64,000 nucleotides of DNA, from assembly GCF_054482595.1 (NCBI RefSeq), contig NZ_CM137008.1. One strand, written 5' to 3'. Below, in pieces: positions 27,486 through 38,650 of the stretch (positions within the stretch are counted from its first letter, which is position 1; each line of letters starts with the position of its first letter). The notes under the pieces are model-generated. The model was not told the DNA's origin. It worked only from the letters and a program-made list of their open reading frames with translations, and did no database searches. Made by a program: the position numbers and the translations under genes.

Positions 27486-27737
27486 ATGCGTACAATTAGT
27501 TACAGCGAAGCGCGTCAGAATTTGTCGGCAACAATGATGAAAGCCGTTGAAGATCATGCCCCGATCCTTATTACTCGTCAGAATGGAGAGGCTTGTGTTC
27601 TGATGTCACTCGAAGAATACAACTCGCTGGAAGAGACGGCTTATCTACTGCGTTCCCCCGCTAACGCCCGGAGATTGATGGACTCAATCGATAGCCTGAA
27701 AGCAGGCAAAGGAACGGAAAAGGACATTATTGAGTGA
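27486..27737 (+). CDS. yefM: Type II antitoxin YefM (Phd family)
   Basis: 83 aa ([41 protein letters not shown]); 4-bp overlap with yoeB. Confidence 0.92.
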   Translation: MRTISYSEARQNLSATMMKAVEDHAPILITRQNGEACVLMSLEEYNSLEETAYLLRSPANARRLMDSIDSLKAGKGTEKDIIE

Positions 27738-27988
27738 AACTAATCTGGTCTGAGGAGTCATGGGATGATTATCTGTACTGGCAGGAAACAGATAAGCGAA
27801 TTGTTAAAAAGATCAATGAACTTATCAAAGATACCCGCAGAACACCATTTGAAGGTAAGGGGAAGCCAGAACCCCTGAAGCATAATTTGTCAGGCTTCTG
27901 GTCCCGACGCATTACAGAGGAGCACCGTCTGGTATACGCGGTTACTGACGATTCACTGCTCATTGCAGCATGTCGTTATCATTATTGA
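27734..27988 (+). CDS. yoeB: Type II toxin YoeB (RelE-fold ribosome-dependent mRNA interferase)
   Basis: 84 aa ([22 protein letters not shown] ... [15 protein letters not shown]). Confidence 0.92.
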   Translation: MKLIWSEESWDDYLYWQETDKRIVKKINELIKDTRRTPFEGKGKPEPLKHNLSGFWSRRITEEHRLVYAVTDDSLLIAACRYHY

Positions 27989-28070
27989 ACAGATTCATTC
28001 ATAGAATGAATTGTCAGTTTTGATACGCTAGCGTAGCCTTATAGATCTAAGGTGTATCAGGAGATAACGG

Positions 28071-28895
28071 ATGAAAAAGGTCGCAATTGTCGGGTTAGGG
28101 TGGTTAGGCATGCCGCTGGCGATGTCACTTTCAGCGCGAGGCTGGCAAGTCACCGGGAGTAAAACCACACAAGATGGTGTCGAAGCGGCCCGAATGAGTG
28201 GCATTGATAGCTATCTGCTTCGCATGGAGCCTGAGTTAGTTTGCAATTCTGACGATCTGGATGCCCTGATGGATGCCGATGCACTGGTCATTACGCTTCC
28301 GGCACGTCGTAGCGGCTCCGGCGATGAGTTCTATTTACAAGCGGTACAAGAGTTAGTGGATAGCGCGCTGGCCCATCGTATTCCCCGAATTATTTTTACC
28401 AGCTCAACATCTGTCTATGGCGACGCGCAAGGCACGGTGAAAGAAACCACCCCGCGTAATCCGGTAACCAACAGTGGACGAGTATTAGAAGAACTCGAAG
28501 ACTGGCTGCACAATTTACCCGGTACTTCGGTCGATATTCTGCGTCTTGCGGGGCTGGTCGGACCGGGACGTCATCCCGGACGCTTCTTTGCCGGAAAAAC
28601 CGCGCCTGATGGTGAACATGGTGTTAATTTAGTCCATTTAGAAGATGTTATTGGCGCTATCACTCTGTTGTTACAGGCACCTAAAGGCGGACACATCTAT
28701 AATATATGTGCGCCAGCTCACCCTGCGCGTAATGTTTTCTATCCGCAGATGGCCCGTTTACTGGGGCTGGAACCTCCGCAGTTCAGAAATAGTCTGGACA
28801 GCGGCAAAGGTAAGATTATTGATGGCAGTCGGATTTGTAATGAACTGGGGTTTGAATACCAGTATCCCGATCCGCTGGTAATGCCGCTGGAGTAA
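28071..28895 (+). CDS. yeeZ: NAD(P)-dependent epimerase/dehydratase-family protein
   Basis: 274 aa with Rossmann N-terminus (KKVAIVGLGWLGMPLA); conserved neighbour of yefM-yoeB. Confidence 0.85.
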   Translation: MKKVAIVGLGWLGMPLAMSLSARGWQVTGSKTTQDGVEAARMSGIDSYLLRMEPELVCNSDDLDALMDADALVITLPARRSGSGDEFYLQAVQELVDSALAHRIPRIIFTSSTSVYGDAQGTVKETTPRNPVTNSGRVLEELEDWLHNLPGTSVDILRLAGLVGPGRHPGRFFAGKTAPDGEHGVNLVHLEDVIGAITLLLQAPKGGHIYNICAPAHPARNVFYPQMARLLGLEPPQFRNSLDSGKGKIIDGSRICNELGFEYQYPDPLVMPLE

Positions 28896-28940
28896 ACGAT
28901 CACGCCAGCAGGACGCCGCATACACTGCAAGGGGGCGTGT

Positions 28941-29870
28941 ATGAAACCACTGCTGGATGTGTTGATGATCCTCGATGCCTTAGAAAAAGAAGGCAGTTTT
29001 GCGGCGGCGTCGGCCAAACTCTATAAGACGCCGTCCGCTCTGAGTTACACCGTTCACAAGCTGGAAAGCGACCTTAATATTCAATTGCTTGATCGTAGCG
29101 GTCACCGCGCTAAATTCACCCGTACCGGAAAAATGTTATTAGAGAAAGGGCGGGAAGTTCTGCATACCGTGCGGGAACTGGAAAAGCAGGCGATCAAACT
29201 GCATGAAGGCTGGGAAAACGAGCTGGTGATTGGCGTGGACGACACGTTTCCTTTTTCTCTGCTTGCGCCACTGATTGAAGCTTTTTATCAACATCATAGC
29301 GTGACGCGCCTGAAGTTTATCAATGGCGTACTCGGTGGTTCCTGGGATGCCCTGACTCAGGGGCGAGCGGATATTATTGTTGGCGCGATGCATGAGCCAC
29401 CATCTTCCAGTGAGTTTGGTTTCTCGCGGTTGGGCGATCTGGAACAAGTCTTTGCGGTCGTGCCTCATCATCCGTTAGCCCTGGAAGAAGAACCGTTAAA
29501 CCGTCGTATCATTAAACGATATCGGGCGATTGTGGTGGGGGACACTGCACAGGCCGGCGCTTCTACGGCCTCACAACTTCTCGACGAACAAGAAGCCATT
29601 ACCGTTTTCGATTTTAAAACCAAGCTGGAGCTGCAAATTAGCGGCCTTGGCTGCGGCTATTTACCCCGTTATCTGGCGCAACGTTTTCTCGATAGTGGCG
29701 CGTTAATCGAGAAGAAAGTAGTCGCCCAAACTCTCTTTGAACCCGTCTGGATTGGCTGGAACGAACAGACCGCAGGGCTTGCCAGCGGCTGGTGGCGAGA
29801 TGAAATTTTAGCAAATAGTGCGATCGCCGGTGTTTATGCAAAATCTGATGACGGAAAATCAGCCATTTAA
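28941..29870 (+). CDS. yeeY: LysR-family transcriptional regulator
   Basis: 309 aa; N-terminal LysR HTH (LLDVLMILDALEKEGSFAAASAKLYKTPSALSYTVHKLE) plus substrate-binding domain. Confidence 0.85.
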   Translation: MKPLLDVLMILDALEKEGSFAAASAKLYKTPSALSYTVHKLESDLNIQLLDRSGHRAKFTRTGKMLLEKGREVLHTVRELEKQAIKLHEGWENELVIGVDDTFPFSLLAPLIEAFYQHHSVTRLKFINGVLGGSWDALTQGRADIIVGAMHEPPSSSEFGFSRLGDLEQVFAVVPHHPLALEEEPLNRRIIKRYRAIVVGDTAQAGASTASQLLDEQEAITVFDFKTKLELQISGLGCGYLPRYLAQRFLDSGALIEKKVVAQTLFEPVWIGWNEQTAGLASGWWRDEILANSAIAGVYAKSDDGKSAI

Positions 29871-30136
29871 AGAAAAATTATTATGACAAGCCTCTCATTC
29901 TCTTGTCATTTCCCCCCCATTTAGGCACAATGCGCCGCTGTCAAAAAATGACTAAAAACCGACGTTTCATCAGCGTCGGTTATTTTTTGCTTCAAACCAA
30001 TCATTCATACCAAGAGGCCGGGCTTCGTACCGGATAGATATTTACTAAAAATCGACAGTTGTTGTCGCTGAGGAATCCAAAAAAATGGGGCAATTTTTTG
30101 CTTACGCGACGGTTATCACCGTAAAGGAGAATGACC

Positions 30137-31495
30137 ATGTCGCATAACGTTACTCCAAACACCTCTCGCGTGGAATTGCGTAAAACGCTTACGTTAGTTC
30201 CGGTTGTAATGATGGGTCTTGCCTATATGCAGCCGATGACGCTGTTTGATACATTTGGTATCGTTTCAGGCCTCACGGATGGTCATGTGCCGACAGCCTA
30301 TGCGTTCGCATTGATTGCGATCCTGTTTACGGCTCTGAGCTACGGGAAGCTGGTTCGCCGCTATCCTTCTGCTGGCTCTGCATACACTTACGCCCAGAAA
30401 TCCATTAGCCCGACTGTCGGCTTTATGGTGGGTTGGTCTTCTCTGCTCGACTATCTGTTCGCGCCGATGATCAACATTCTGCTGGCGAAAATCTATTTTG
30501 AAGCTCTGGTGCCTTCCATCCCATCGTGGATGTTTGTGGTGGCGCTGGTGGCCTTTATGACCGCCTTTAACCTGCGTAGTCTGAAATCCGTAGCGAACTT
30601 CAACACTGTAATCGTCGTGTTGCAGGTAGTGCTGATCGCGGTGATTCTGGGCATGGTTGTTTATGGCGTATTTGAAGGTGAAGGCGCGGGTACGCTGGCG
30701 AGCACTCGTCCGTTCTGGTCTGGCGATGCGCATGTTATCCCGATGATTACCGGGGCGACAATCCTGTGCTTCTCCTTTACCGGCTTTGACGGCATCAGCA
30801 ACCTGTCGGAAGAAACCAAAGATGCAGAGCGCGTGATCCCGCGTGCGATTTTCCTGACCGCGCTGATTGGCGGCATGATCTTCATCTTTGCAACTTACTT
30901 CCTGCAGCTGTACTTCCCGGATATCTCTCGCTTTAAAGATCCGGATGCGTCACAGCCTGAAATCATGCTGTACGTTGCGGGTAAAGCGTTCCAGGTTGGC
31001 GCGCTGATCTTCTCCACCATTACCGTACTGGCGTCCGGTATGGCGGCGCATGCAGGCGTAGCGCGTCTGATGTACGTAATGGGGCGTGACGGTGTGTTCC
31101 CGAAAAGCTTCTTCGGTTATGTACACCCGAAATGGCGTACTCCGGCGATGAACATCATCCTGGTTGGCGCGATTGCCCTGCTGGCAATCAACTTCGACCT
31201 GGTAATGGCTACGGCGCTGATTAACTTTGGTGCGTTGGTGGCGTTCACCTTCGTTAACCTGTCGGTTATCTCGCAGTTCTGGATCCGTGAGAAGCGTAAC
31301 AAGACGCTGAAAGATCACTTCCAGTATCTGTTCCTGCCGATGTGTGGTGCGCTGACCGTTGGTGCGCTGTGGGTTAACCTGGAAGAAAGCTCAATGGTTC
31401 TGGGTCTGATCTGGGCTGCTATCGGTCTGATTTACCTGGCTTGCGTCACCAAGAGCTTCCGTAACCCGGTTCCGCAGTACGAAGACGTAGCATAA
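30137..31495 (+). CDS. plaP: Putrescine importer (APC superfamily amino-acid/polyamine permease)
   Basis: 452 aa from [16 protein letters not shown]; 12-TM APC-type permease. Confidence 0.88.
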   Translation: MSHNVTPNTSRVELRKTLTLVPVVMMGLAYMQPMTLFDTFGIVSGLTDGHVPTAYAFALIAILFTALSYGKLVRRYPSAGSAYTYAQKSISPTVGFMVGWSSLLDYLFAPMINILLAKIYFEALVPSIPSWMFVVALVAFMTAFNLRSLKSVANFNTVIVVLQVVLIAVILGMVVYGVFEGEGAGTLASTRPFWSGDAHVIPMITGATILCFSFTGFDGISNLSEETKDAERVIPRAIFLTALIGGMIFIFATYFLQLYFPDISRFKDPDASQPEIMLYVAGKAFQVGALIFSTITVLASGMAAHAGVARLMYVMGRDGVFPKSFFGYVHPKWRTPAMNIILVGAIALLAINFDLVMATALINFGALVAFTFVNLSVISQFWIREKRNKTLKDHFQYLFLPMCGALTVGALWVNLEESSMVLGLIWAAIGLIYLACVTKSFRNPVPQYEDVA

Positions 31496-31673
31496 TCATC
31501 TTTTCTAATAATCAACCGGAGTCGAATGAATATTTGGCTCCGGTTTTTTTATTCTTTTTTATCGAAATCCTCATTAATAACCATTTGTTCTAATTTAGAG
31601 AATTTGGTTATTGGTCTGCATTCCACCAGTCATGAATAATTTCCTCATTAACATTCATCTGGTTAATTAATTT

Positions 31674-32732
31674 ATGTTTTCAATGATATTAAGCGGGCTA
31701 ATTTGTGGTGCTCTGCTGGGATTTGTCATGCAGCGTGGGCGTTTTTGCCTGACAGGTGGTTTTCGCGATATGTATATCGCGAAAAATAATCGCATGTTTT
31801 ACGCCCTGCTGATTGCAATTTCGGTACAAAGCGTGGGGGTTTTTGCGTTAATTCAGGCGGGCCTACTGACTTACGAAGCCGGGGCGTTCCCGTGGCTTGG
31901 TACTGTTATAGGTGGGTATCTTTTCGGGCTGGGAATTGTTCTGGCGGGTGGATGTGCCACCGGGACCTGGTATCGCGCGGGTGAGGGATTGATCGGCAGT
32001 TGGATCGCGCTTTTCACTTATATGGTGATGAGTGCGGTGATGCGTTCTCCACACGCCAGTGGTTTAAATCAAACCTTGCAGCACTACACTACTGAACATA
32101 ACTCTATTGCTGATACTTTTAATTTGTCTGTGTGGCCGTTGGTTGCCGTTTTGCTGGTGATAACGCTCTGGGTGGTGATGAAAGAGTTGAAGAAGCCAAA
32201 ACTCAAAGTCGCGACCTTACCGCCGCGCCGAACCGGGATCGCTCATATTCTGTTTGAAAAACGCTGGCATCCCTTTGTCACTGCTGTACTCATCGGTTTG
32301 ATTGCGCTTTTAGCCTGGCCCCTGAGTGAAGCAACCGGACGCATGTTTGGGTTAGGAATCACTTCCCCAACGGCCAATATTCTGCAATTTCTGGTCGCGG
32401 GTGACGTGAAATACATTAACTGGGGCGTTTTCCTGGTGTTAGGGATCTTCGTGGGGTCATTTATTGCAGCCAAAGGGAGCCGTGAGTTCCGCGTTCGCGC
32501 AGCTGATGCACAAACAACATTACGTAGCGGGTTAGGTGGTGTACTGATGGGCTTCGGTGCCAGTATTGCAGGTGGTTGCTCTATCGGTAATGGACTGGTT
32601 ATGACTGCAATGATGACCTGGCAGGGCTGGGTTGGCCTTGTATTTATGATTCTCGGTGTCTGGACTGCGTCCTGGCTTGTGTATGTTCGACCGCAGCGTA
32701 AGGCGCGACTGGCGACTGCTGCGGCAAATTAA
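31674..32732 (+). CDS. yeeE: Thiosulfate transporter (YeeE/YedE family)
   Basis: 352-aa polytopic membrane protein with duplicated Cys-containing GGCATG/GGCSIG motifs. Confidence 0.88.
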   Translation: MFSMILSGLICGALLGFVMQRGRFCLTGGFRDMYIAKNNRMFYALLIAISVQSVGVFALIQAGLLTYEAGAFPWLGTVIGGYLFGLGIVLAGGCATGTWYRAGEGLIGSWIALFTYMVMSAVMRSPHASGLNQTLQHYTTEHNSIADTFNLSVWPLVAVLLVITLWVVMKELKKPKLKVATLPPRRTGIAHILFEKRWHPFVTAVLIGLIALLAWPLSEATGRMFGLGITSPTANILQFLVAGDVKYINWGVFLVLGIFVGSFIAAKGSREFRVRAADAQTTLRSGLGGVLMGFGASIAGGCSIGNGLVMTAMMTWQGWVGLVFMILGVWTASWLVYVRPQRKARLATAAAN

Positions 32733-32745
32733 GTAAGGTGTAAAG

Positions 32746-32973
32746 ATGGCGATTAAAAAGCTGGATGTGGTGACGCAGGTCTGTCCGTTTCCACTCATAG
32801 AAGCAAAAGCAGCACTGGCAGAAATGACCAGCGGCGATGAGTTGGTAATTGAGTTTGATTGCACCCAGGCAACAGAAGCAATCCCACAATGGGCGGCAGA
32901 AGAAGGACATGCCATCACCGATTATCAGCAGATTGGCGATGCTGCGTGGAGCATCACCGTTCAAAAAGCCTGA
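32746..32973 (+). CDS. yeeD: TusA-like sulfurtransferase
   Basis: 75 aa with the TusA CPxP motif (LDVVTQVCPFPLIEAKAAL). Confidence 0.88.
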   Translation: MAIKKLDVVTQVCPFPLIEAKAALAEMTSGDELVIEFDCTQATEAIPQWAAEEGHAITDYQQIGDAAWSITVQKA

Positions 32974-33015
32974 CCCAACATTGTCCTCCGCCGTATCAGC
33001 GGCGGAGGCTTCAAA

Positions 33016-34443
33016 CTAGACAATCTCTTCCGCGTACTGCCAAAGCGCTTTTAACAGCGCCACTTTTTCTTTATCGTCGGCATACTGCTGCGCCAGCATC
33101 TGAATCTCTTCTGCATAGCCTTGTAAAAACTCGGGTGTGAATACCTGGCGGCGGTGCTCCAGCCAGCGTTGCTGCTCGGCATAATCCAGCGTCCCCGGGA
33201 AGTTGCGCGCCCGATAATTGAACAACAGCTTTTCAATCCGTTTATCGACAAAAGTGATATCCAGTGCCGGTAAATTACGCGGCTCGGTTTCCAGCACAAT
33301 TTTCATTGCTGCACGATCGGCGTCACTGAAAAAGCCGTTATAAAGCTGTGCATCCACGTTATCTGAAGGCGTAAACGGTTCGGCTTCCGCGAATATCGCC
33401 ACCACTTTTTCGCGCACTTGCGGATTTTCACGCAGAATTTTCAGGTTATCGAGGCAATGCTGACGATTAATTCCCAGTCGGTCGGCATCTTCCGGGCGTA
33501 GCGTATTCGCCTGGGCCAGCACCGGACATTTATTGATGTGCACCAGCTTAACCGGAACGGCGGCGTTATCGCCAAGATCGGTTTTTGCGGTATATAAACG
33601 CTCGCGCAATGTGTCGCTATCCAGTTCCAGTAATGGCGAAATGTCTCCTGCCAAATCCACCATAATTACGGCATTGCGATTTTCAGGATGCCACGCCAGC
33701 GGTGCCACCCAGCTGGTGTTGCCGCGCCATGCCCCAAACATTCCGGAAACGTGCACCAGGGGTTTCATCTGCGGAACATCAATCAACGCCATCAGTTTGT
33801 GTTTATTACGATGGGTAAAGAGATAATCAAACAGGCGTGGCTGACGCGTTTTTACCAGCTTTGCCATCGCAATAGTGGCGTACACATCAGCCATCGCATC
33901 GTGGGCGTTGCTATGTTCAATACCATTCGCTTTGGTTAAATGCTCAAGGCGAAAGCTCGGTAGACCGTCATCATTTTCAGGCCAGTTTATTCCTTCCGGG
34001 CGCAGGGCATAACAGGCACGCATAACATCCAGTAAATCCCAGCGCGAGTTATCATGCTGCCAGCTCCAGGCGTAAGGATCGTAGAAATTACGATAAAAAA
34101 CGTTGCGTGTGACTTCGTCGTCGAAACGCACATTGTTGTAGCCCAGAATACAGGTCTTCGGTACGGTAAAAAGCGAGTGAATACGGGCGGCAAACGCGGC
34201 TTCGTTTTCTCCTTTCGACCGTGCTTCCTGCGGGGTAATACCGGTAATTAATACTGCTCCAGGCTGGGGTAAATAGTCATCAGCGGGCTTGCAGTAAAAG
34301 ACTTCGGGTTCGCCGATGACATTGAATTCGCTATCGGTGCGAATGGCTGCGAACTGTGCAGGGCGATCTAACGCGGGGTGCGTGCCAAAGGTTTCGTAAT
34401 CGTGAAACAAAAAGGTAGATTGTTGCTTACCGTCATTCATCAT
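33016..34443 (-). CDS. sbcB: Exodeoxyribonuclease I
   Basis: 475 aa from MMNDGKQQSTFLFHDYETFGTHPALDRPAQFAAIRTD (DnaQ-like exonuclease fold). Confidence 0.93.
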   Translation of the reverse strand: MMNDGKQQSTFLFHDYETFGTHPALDRPAQFAAIRTDSEFNVIGEPEVFYCKPADDYLPQPGAVLITGITPQEARSKGENEAAFAARIHSLFTVPKTCILGYNNVRFDDEVTRNVFYRNFYDPYAWSWQHDNSRWDLLDVMRACYALRPEGINWPENDDGLPSFRLEHLTKANGIEHSNAHDAMADVYATIAMAKLVKTRQPRLFDYLFTHRNKHKLMALIDVPQMKPLVHVSGMFGAWRGNTSWVAPLAWHPENRNAVIMVDLAGDISPLLELDSDTLRERLYTAKTDLGDNAAVPVKLVHINKCPVLAQANTLRPEDADRLGINRQHCLDNLKILRENPQVREKVVAIFAEAEPFTPSDNVDAQLYNGFFSDADRAAMKIVLETEPRNLPALDITFVDKRIEKLLFNYRARNFPGTLDYAEQQRWLEHRRQVFTPEFLQGYAEEIQMLAQQYADDKEKVALLKALWQYAEEIV

Positions 34444-34651
34444 TAGGTTAAATCCGTTATTTCTGCTGTCTGCCAGAGTATCAAATATCACCGTGCTAAT
34501 CAGCTTTAGCGCCACAATTTGGCAGCGAGTGGCAACAGATCATGTCAGATAAAAATGAGAGGGTAGTCACATTTTCTTGCACTTTATTCCAGCCAGTTCA
34601 TAAGTATTTCCGTAAAAAGAACAGCTATTTGAAACTCCTGAGGGTTTGCTG

Positions 34652-35818
34652 TTGAAACGCCGTCTTATTATTGCTGCTTCTTTGTTCGTTTTTAACTTAT
34701 CGTCTGGTTTTGCGGCGGAAAACATTCCTTTTTCACCTCAGCCTCCAGAGATTCATGCCGGGTCCTGGGTATTGATGGATTACACCACCGGTCAGATCCT
34801 CACCGCGGGTAATGAGCATCAACAGCGCAATCCCGCCAGCCTGACAAAGCTGATGACGGGTTATGTCGTGGATCGCGCTATCGATAGTCATCGCATTACG
34901 CCAGACGATATTGTCACCGTGGGGCGCGATGCGTGGGCGAAAGATAATCCGGTGTTTGTCGGTTCTTCACTGATGTTTTTGAAAGAGGGCGATCGCGTAT
35001 CGGTACGTGATTTAAGCCGTGGTTTAATTGTGGATTCCGGAAATGACGCTTGTGTTGCTCTGGCTGACTATATTGCCGGTGGGCAACGGCAGTTTGTTGA
35101 AATGATGAACAACTATGCCGAGAAGCTGCATCTCAAGGATACGCATTTTGAAACAGTGCATGGTCTGGATGCACCTGGCCAGCATAGCTCGGCTTATGAT
35201 TTAGCTGTGCTTTCTCGCGCTATCATCCACGGCGAGCCCGAGTTTTATCATATGTACAGTGAGAAAAGCCTCACCTGGAACGGTATCACTCAGCAAAACC
35301 GTAACGGGTTATTGTGGGATAAAACCATGAATGTTGACGGCCTGAAAACGGGTCATACTTCTGGTGCCGGGTTTAATCTCATTGCTTCGGCTGTAGATGG
35401 GCAGCGTCGTCTCATTGCAGTGGTAATGGGGGCTGACAGTGCAAAAGGTCGTGAGGAAGAGGCAAGAAAATTACTGCGTTGGGGGCAACAAAACTTTACT
35501 ACGGTGCAAATTTTGCACCGTGGGAAAAAGGTCGGAACGGAACGCATCTGGTATGGCGATAAAGAAAATATCGCCCTGGGAACGGAACAAGAGTTCTGGA
35601 TGGTGCTACCGAAAGCCGAAATTCCACATATCAAAGCCAAATATACCCTTGATGGTAAAGAACTCACCGCGCCAATTAGCGCCCATCAGCGGGTAGGGGA
35701 AATTGAACTTTATGACCGTGATAAACAGGTGGCGCACTGGCCGCTGGTTACCCTGGAATCTGTCGGGGAAGGCAGCATGTTTTCCCGGCTGAGTGATTAT
35801 TTCCACCATAAGGCCTGA
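34652..35818 (+). CDS. dacD: D-alanyl-D-alanine carboxypeptidase (PBP6b)
   Basis: Signal peptide, SxxK (NPASLTKLM), SGN (VDSGND) and KTG (GLKTGHT) motifs. Probable TTG start at 34652 with GAGGG Shine-Dalgarno 8 nt upstream. Confidence 0.88.
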   Translation: MKRRLIIAASLFVFNLSSGFAAENIPFSPQPPEIHAGSWVLMDYTTGQILTAGNEHQQRNPASLTKLMTGYVVDRAIDSHRITPDDIVTVGRDAWAKDNPVFVGSSLMFLKEGDRVSVRDLSRGLIVDSGNDACVALADYIAGGQRQFVEMMNNYAEKLHLKDTHFETVHGLDAPGQHSSAYDLAVLSRAIIHGEPEFYHMYSEKSLTWNGITQQNRNGLLWDKTMNVDGLKTGHTSGAGFNLIASAVDGQRRLIAVVMGADSAKGREEEARKLLRWGQQNFTTVQILHRGKKVGTERIWYGDKENIALGTEQEFWMVLPKAEIPHIKAKYTLDGKELTAPISAHQRVGEIELYDRDKQVAHWPLVTLESVGEGSMFSRLSDYFHHKA

Positions 35819-35936
35819 CCTTTCTTTTGCAGCAGACTGGCAGGAGTGCGAGTCTGCTCGCATAATCAACACTCATTCCTTGTGGTTTTAATATTGCAAC
35901 TATACTGTATATAAAAACAGTGTTAGTGGAGGCGTC

Positions 35937-36410
35937 ATGAACTACGAGATTAAGCAGGAAGATAAACGTACCGTTGCAGGTTTCCATCTTGTTGGCCCGT
36001 GGGAGCAGACGGTAAAGAAAGGTTTTGAGCAGTTGATGATGTGGATAGATAGCAAAAATATTGTGCCGAAGGAGTGGGTTGCTGTCTATTACGACAATCC
36101 GGATGAAACACCCGCCGAAAAATTACGCTGCGACACCGTCGTGACGGTACCGAATAACTTTACGCTCCCCGAAAACAGTGAGGGCGTCATTCTGACAGAA
36201 ATTTCAGGTGGTCAGTATGCGGTGGCGGTGGCTCGTGTAGTCGGTGATGATTTTGCTAAACCCTGGTATCAGTTCTTTAATAGCCTCTTGCAGGACAGTG
36301 CCTATGAAATGTTACCAAAGCCCTGCTTCGAGGTTTACTTGAACAATGGCGCGGAAGATGGGTACTGGGATATCGAAATGTATGTTGCGGTGCAGCCAAA
36401 ACATCACTAA
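35937..36410 (+). CDS. sbmC: DNA gyrase inhibitor (GyrI-like domain)
   Basis: 157 aa ([30 protein letters not shown]). Confidence 0.9.
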   Translation: MNYEIKQEDKRTVAGFHLVGPWEQTVKKGFEQLMMWIDSKNIVPKEWVAVYYDNPDETPAEKLRCDTVVTVPNNFTLPENSEGVILTEISGGQYAVAVARVVGDDFAKPWYQFFNSLLQDSAYEMLPKPCFEVYLNNGAEDGYWDIEMYVAVQPKHH

Positions 36411-36607
36411 TTCATCTCAGGGCGGTGTGTTGACGCGAAGACCACTCTTTTTTTGAAAGTGAAAAGAGTAAGATGCGCCTTTCAATTTTTTCGCTCCTGC
36501 CGGGAAATTACACTGTTCCCGGTTTGTCCGTCGGATAATTCAGAGGCGCGCCTTCTGGCCGACAGATGAGTTATGAGCGCTTTTAATCTTCATTACGGAG
36601 TTTCTGT

Positions 36608-37666
36608 GTGCGTGCCGATAAGTCATTAAGCCCGTTTGAAATCCGGGTATACCGCCATTACCGCATTGTGCATGGTACTCGGGTCGCGCTGGCATTCCTG
36701 CTCACTTTTCTCATTATCCGCCTGTTTACTATCCCGGAAAGCACCTGGCCGCTGGTCACCATGGTGGTGATTATGGGGCCAATCTCGTTCTGGGGGAACG
36801 TTGTCCCTCGTGCCTTCGAACGTATTGGCGGTACGGTGTTGGGTTCGATTTTAGGTCTTATCGCTCTGCAACTGGAGTTAATTTCGTTACCGCTGATGTT
36901 AGTCTGGTGCGCGGCGGCGATGTTTCTTTGCGGTTGGCTGGCGCTGGGCAAGAAACCGTATCAAGGATTATTGATTGGGGTGACGCTGGCAATTGTTGTG
37001 GGTTCCCCGACAGGTGAAATTGATACGGCGTTATGGCGAAGCGGCGATGTGATCCTCGGCTCTTTACTGGCAATGTTGTTTACCGGTATCTGGCCACAAC
37101 GCGCGTTCATCCACTGGCGCATTCAACTGGCGAAAAGTCTGACCGAGTATAATCGGGTCTATCAATCGGCATTCTCACCGAACTTACTCGAACGCCCACG
37201 TCTGGAAAGCCATCTACAAAAACTGCTGACCGATGCCGTGAAAATGCGTGGGCTGATTGCGCCCGCCAGCAAAGAAACCCGTATTCCAAAATCGATATAT
37301 GAAGGTATCCAGACCATTAATCGCAATCTGGTTTGTATGCTGGAGTTGCAAATCAATGCATACTGGGCCACGCGCCCCAGCCATTTCGTGTTATTGAACG
37401 CGCAAAAACTTCGTGATACCCAGCACATGATGCAGCAAATACTGCTGAGCCTTGTTCATGCGCTGTACGAAGGTAATCCGCAGCCGGTTTTTGCCAATAC
37501 GGAAAAATTGAACGATGCTGTGGAAGAGCTGCGTCAGTTGCTGAATAACCACCATGACCTGAAGGTTGTGGAAACACCAATCTATGGTTATGTGTGGCTG
37601 AACATGGAAACGGCACATCAGCTTGAGTTGCTATCGAGTCTGATTTGCCGGGCCTTGCGCAAATAA
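36608..37666 (+). CDS. yeeA: Inner-membrane protein, FUSC/ArAE-like family
   Basis: 352 aa; N-terminal TM bundle plus soluble C-terminal domain; conserved position. Confidence 0.8.
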   Translation: MRADKSLSPFEIRVYRHYRIVHGTRVALAFLLTFLIIRLFTIPESTWPLVTMVVIMGPISFWGNVVPRAFERIGGTVLGSILGLIALQLELISLPLMLVWCAAAMFLCGWLALGKKPYQGLLIGVTLAIVVGSPTGEIDTALWRSGDVILGSLLAMLFTGIWPQRAFIHWRIQLAKSLTEYNRVYQSAFSPNLLERPRLESHLQKLLTDAVKMRGLIAPASKETRIPKSIYEGIQTINRNLVCMLELQINAYWATRPSHFVLLNAQKLRDTQHMMQQILLSLVHALYEGNPQPVFANTEKLNDAVEELRQLLNNHHDLKVVETPIYGYVWLNMETAHQLELLSSLICRALRK

Positions 37667-37837
37667 TTCCTGAACTTCAGAATCATCTTGCTGCTGCTTC
37701 GATTCAGCAAGGATAAAGGGTATGATAGTGAAAAGGGATAAAAGCATTGTCATCTGCGGCAGCTATGAGTAATGTTGGCCCTAACGAATAGCGGTTGCTT
37801 AAACGAATCCGACTCTCACATTATCAGGGGTATAAAA

Positions 37838-38167
37838 ATGGAAACTACCAAGCCTTCATTCCAGGACGTACTGGAATTTGTTCGTCTGTTCCGTCGTAAG
37901 AACAAACTGCAACGTGAAATTCAGGACGTTGAGAAAAAGATCCGTGACAACCAGAAGCGCGTCCTGTTGCTGGACAACCTGAGCGATTACATCAAGCCAG
38001 GGATGAGCGTTGAAGCAATCCAGGGCATCATCGCCAGCATGAAAGGTGACTATGAAGATCGCGTTGACGATTACATCATCAAAAATGCCGAGCTCTCCAA
38101 AGAACGCCGCGATATCTCCAAAAAGCTGAAAGCTATGGGCGAAATGAAAAACGGCGAAGCGAAGTAA
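37838..38167 (+). CDS. yeeX: UPF0265 protein YeeX
   Basis: 109 aa from [41 protein letters not shown]; start trimmed from ORF 37772. Confidence 0.88.
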   Translation: METTKPSFQDVLEFVRLFRRKNKLQREIQDVEKKIRDNQKRVLLLDNLSDYIKPGMSVEAIQGIIASMKGDYEDRVDDYIIKNAELSKERRDISKKLKAMGEMKNGEAK

Positions 38168-38267
38168 TTCCTGTTTTATTCAATGAGGGTTGCCCGGCAA
38201 CCCTCAGTGCTCATTGATTCTTATCTGTGTATCACCGTCATCATTCTCATCTGAGAACCTATCGAAA

Positions 38268-38480
38268 TTAGCGACAGCCTTCTTCTGTATGCAGCAAGGC
38301 AAAAACTTCTGTAACTCCATTGTTATTAACCGCACTGGTTACTAACACGTTGTGCGCTCCAGCTTCCCGTAACCAACATTTCACCAAAGATGTTTGTTCC
38401 ATACTGGCTAAATCTGCTTTGGTTACTACTCCAATGACCGGGTGATTCATGGCCCGGTAGGGCGTTTTTACCTCTAATTC
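38268..38480 (-). pseudogene. yoeF-like fragment (C-terminal remnant of a possible small GTPase; family assignment weak)
   Basis: C-terminal about 65 codons (HPVIGVVTKADLASMEQTSLVKCWLREAGAHNVLVTSAVNNNGVTEVFALL) look like the end of a small GTPase; the N-terminal part of the 118-aa ORF is just the antisense of the IS66 remnant. Confidence 0.35.
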
Positions 38481-38482
38481 CT

Positions 38483-38650
38483 GCTTCAGCGCTGAGATTC
38501 CTGCTTGTTGCCGGAAAAGCAGGCACCTGCCGTCTGAACGGTATCGATCCGGAAGCGTATCTGCGCCATATTCTGAGCATACTGCCGGAATGGCCCTCCA
38601 ACCGTGTTGACGAACTCCTGCCATGGAACGTAGTTCTCACCAATAAATAA
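38483..38650 (+). mobile_element. IS66-family transposase C-terminal remnant
   Basis: Plus-strand frame encodes ...FLLVAGKAGTCRLNGIDPEAYLRHILSILPEWPSNRVDELLPWNVVLTNK*, the conserved C-terminus of IS66 TnpC with an internal deletion; no upstream transposase body. Confidence 0.5.
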
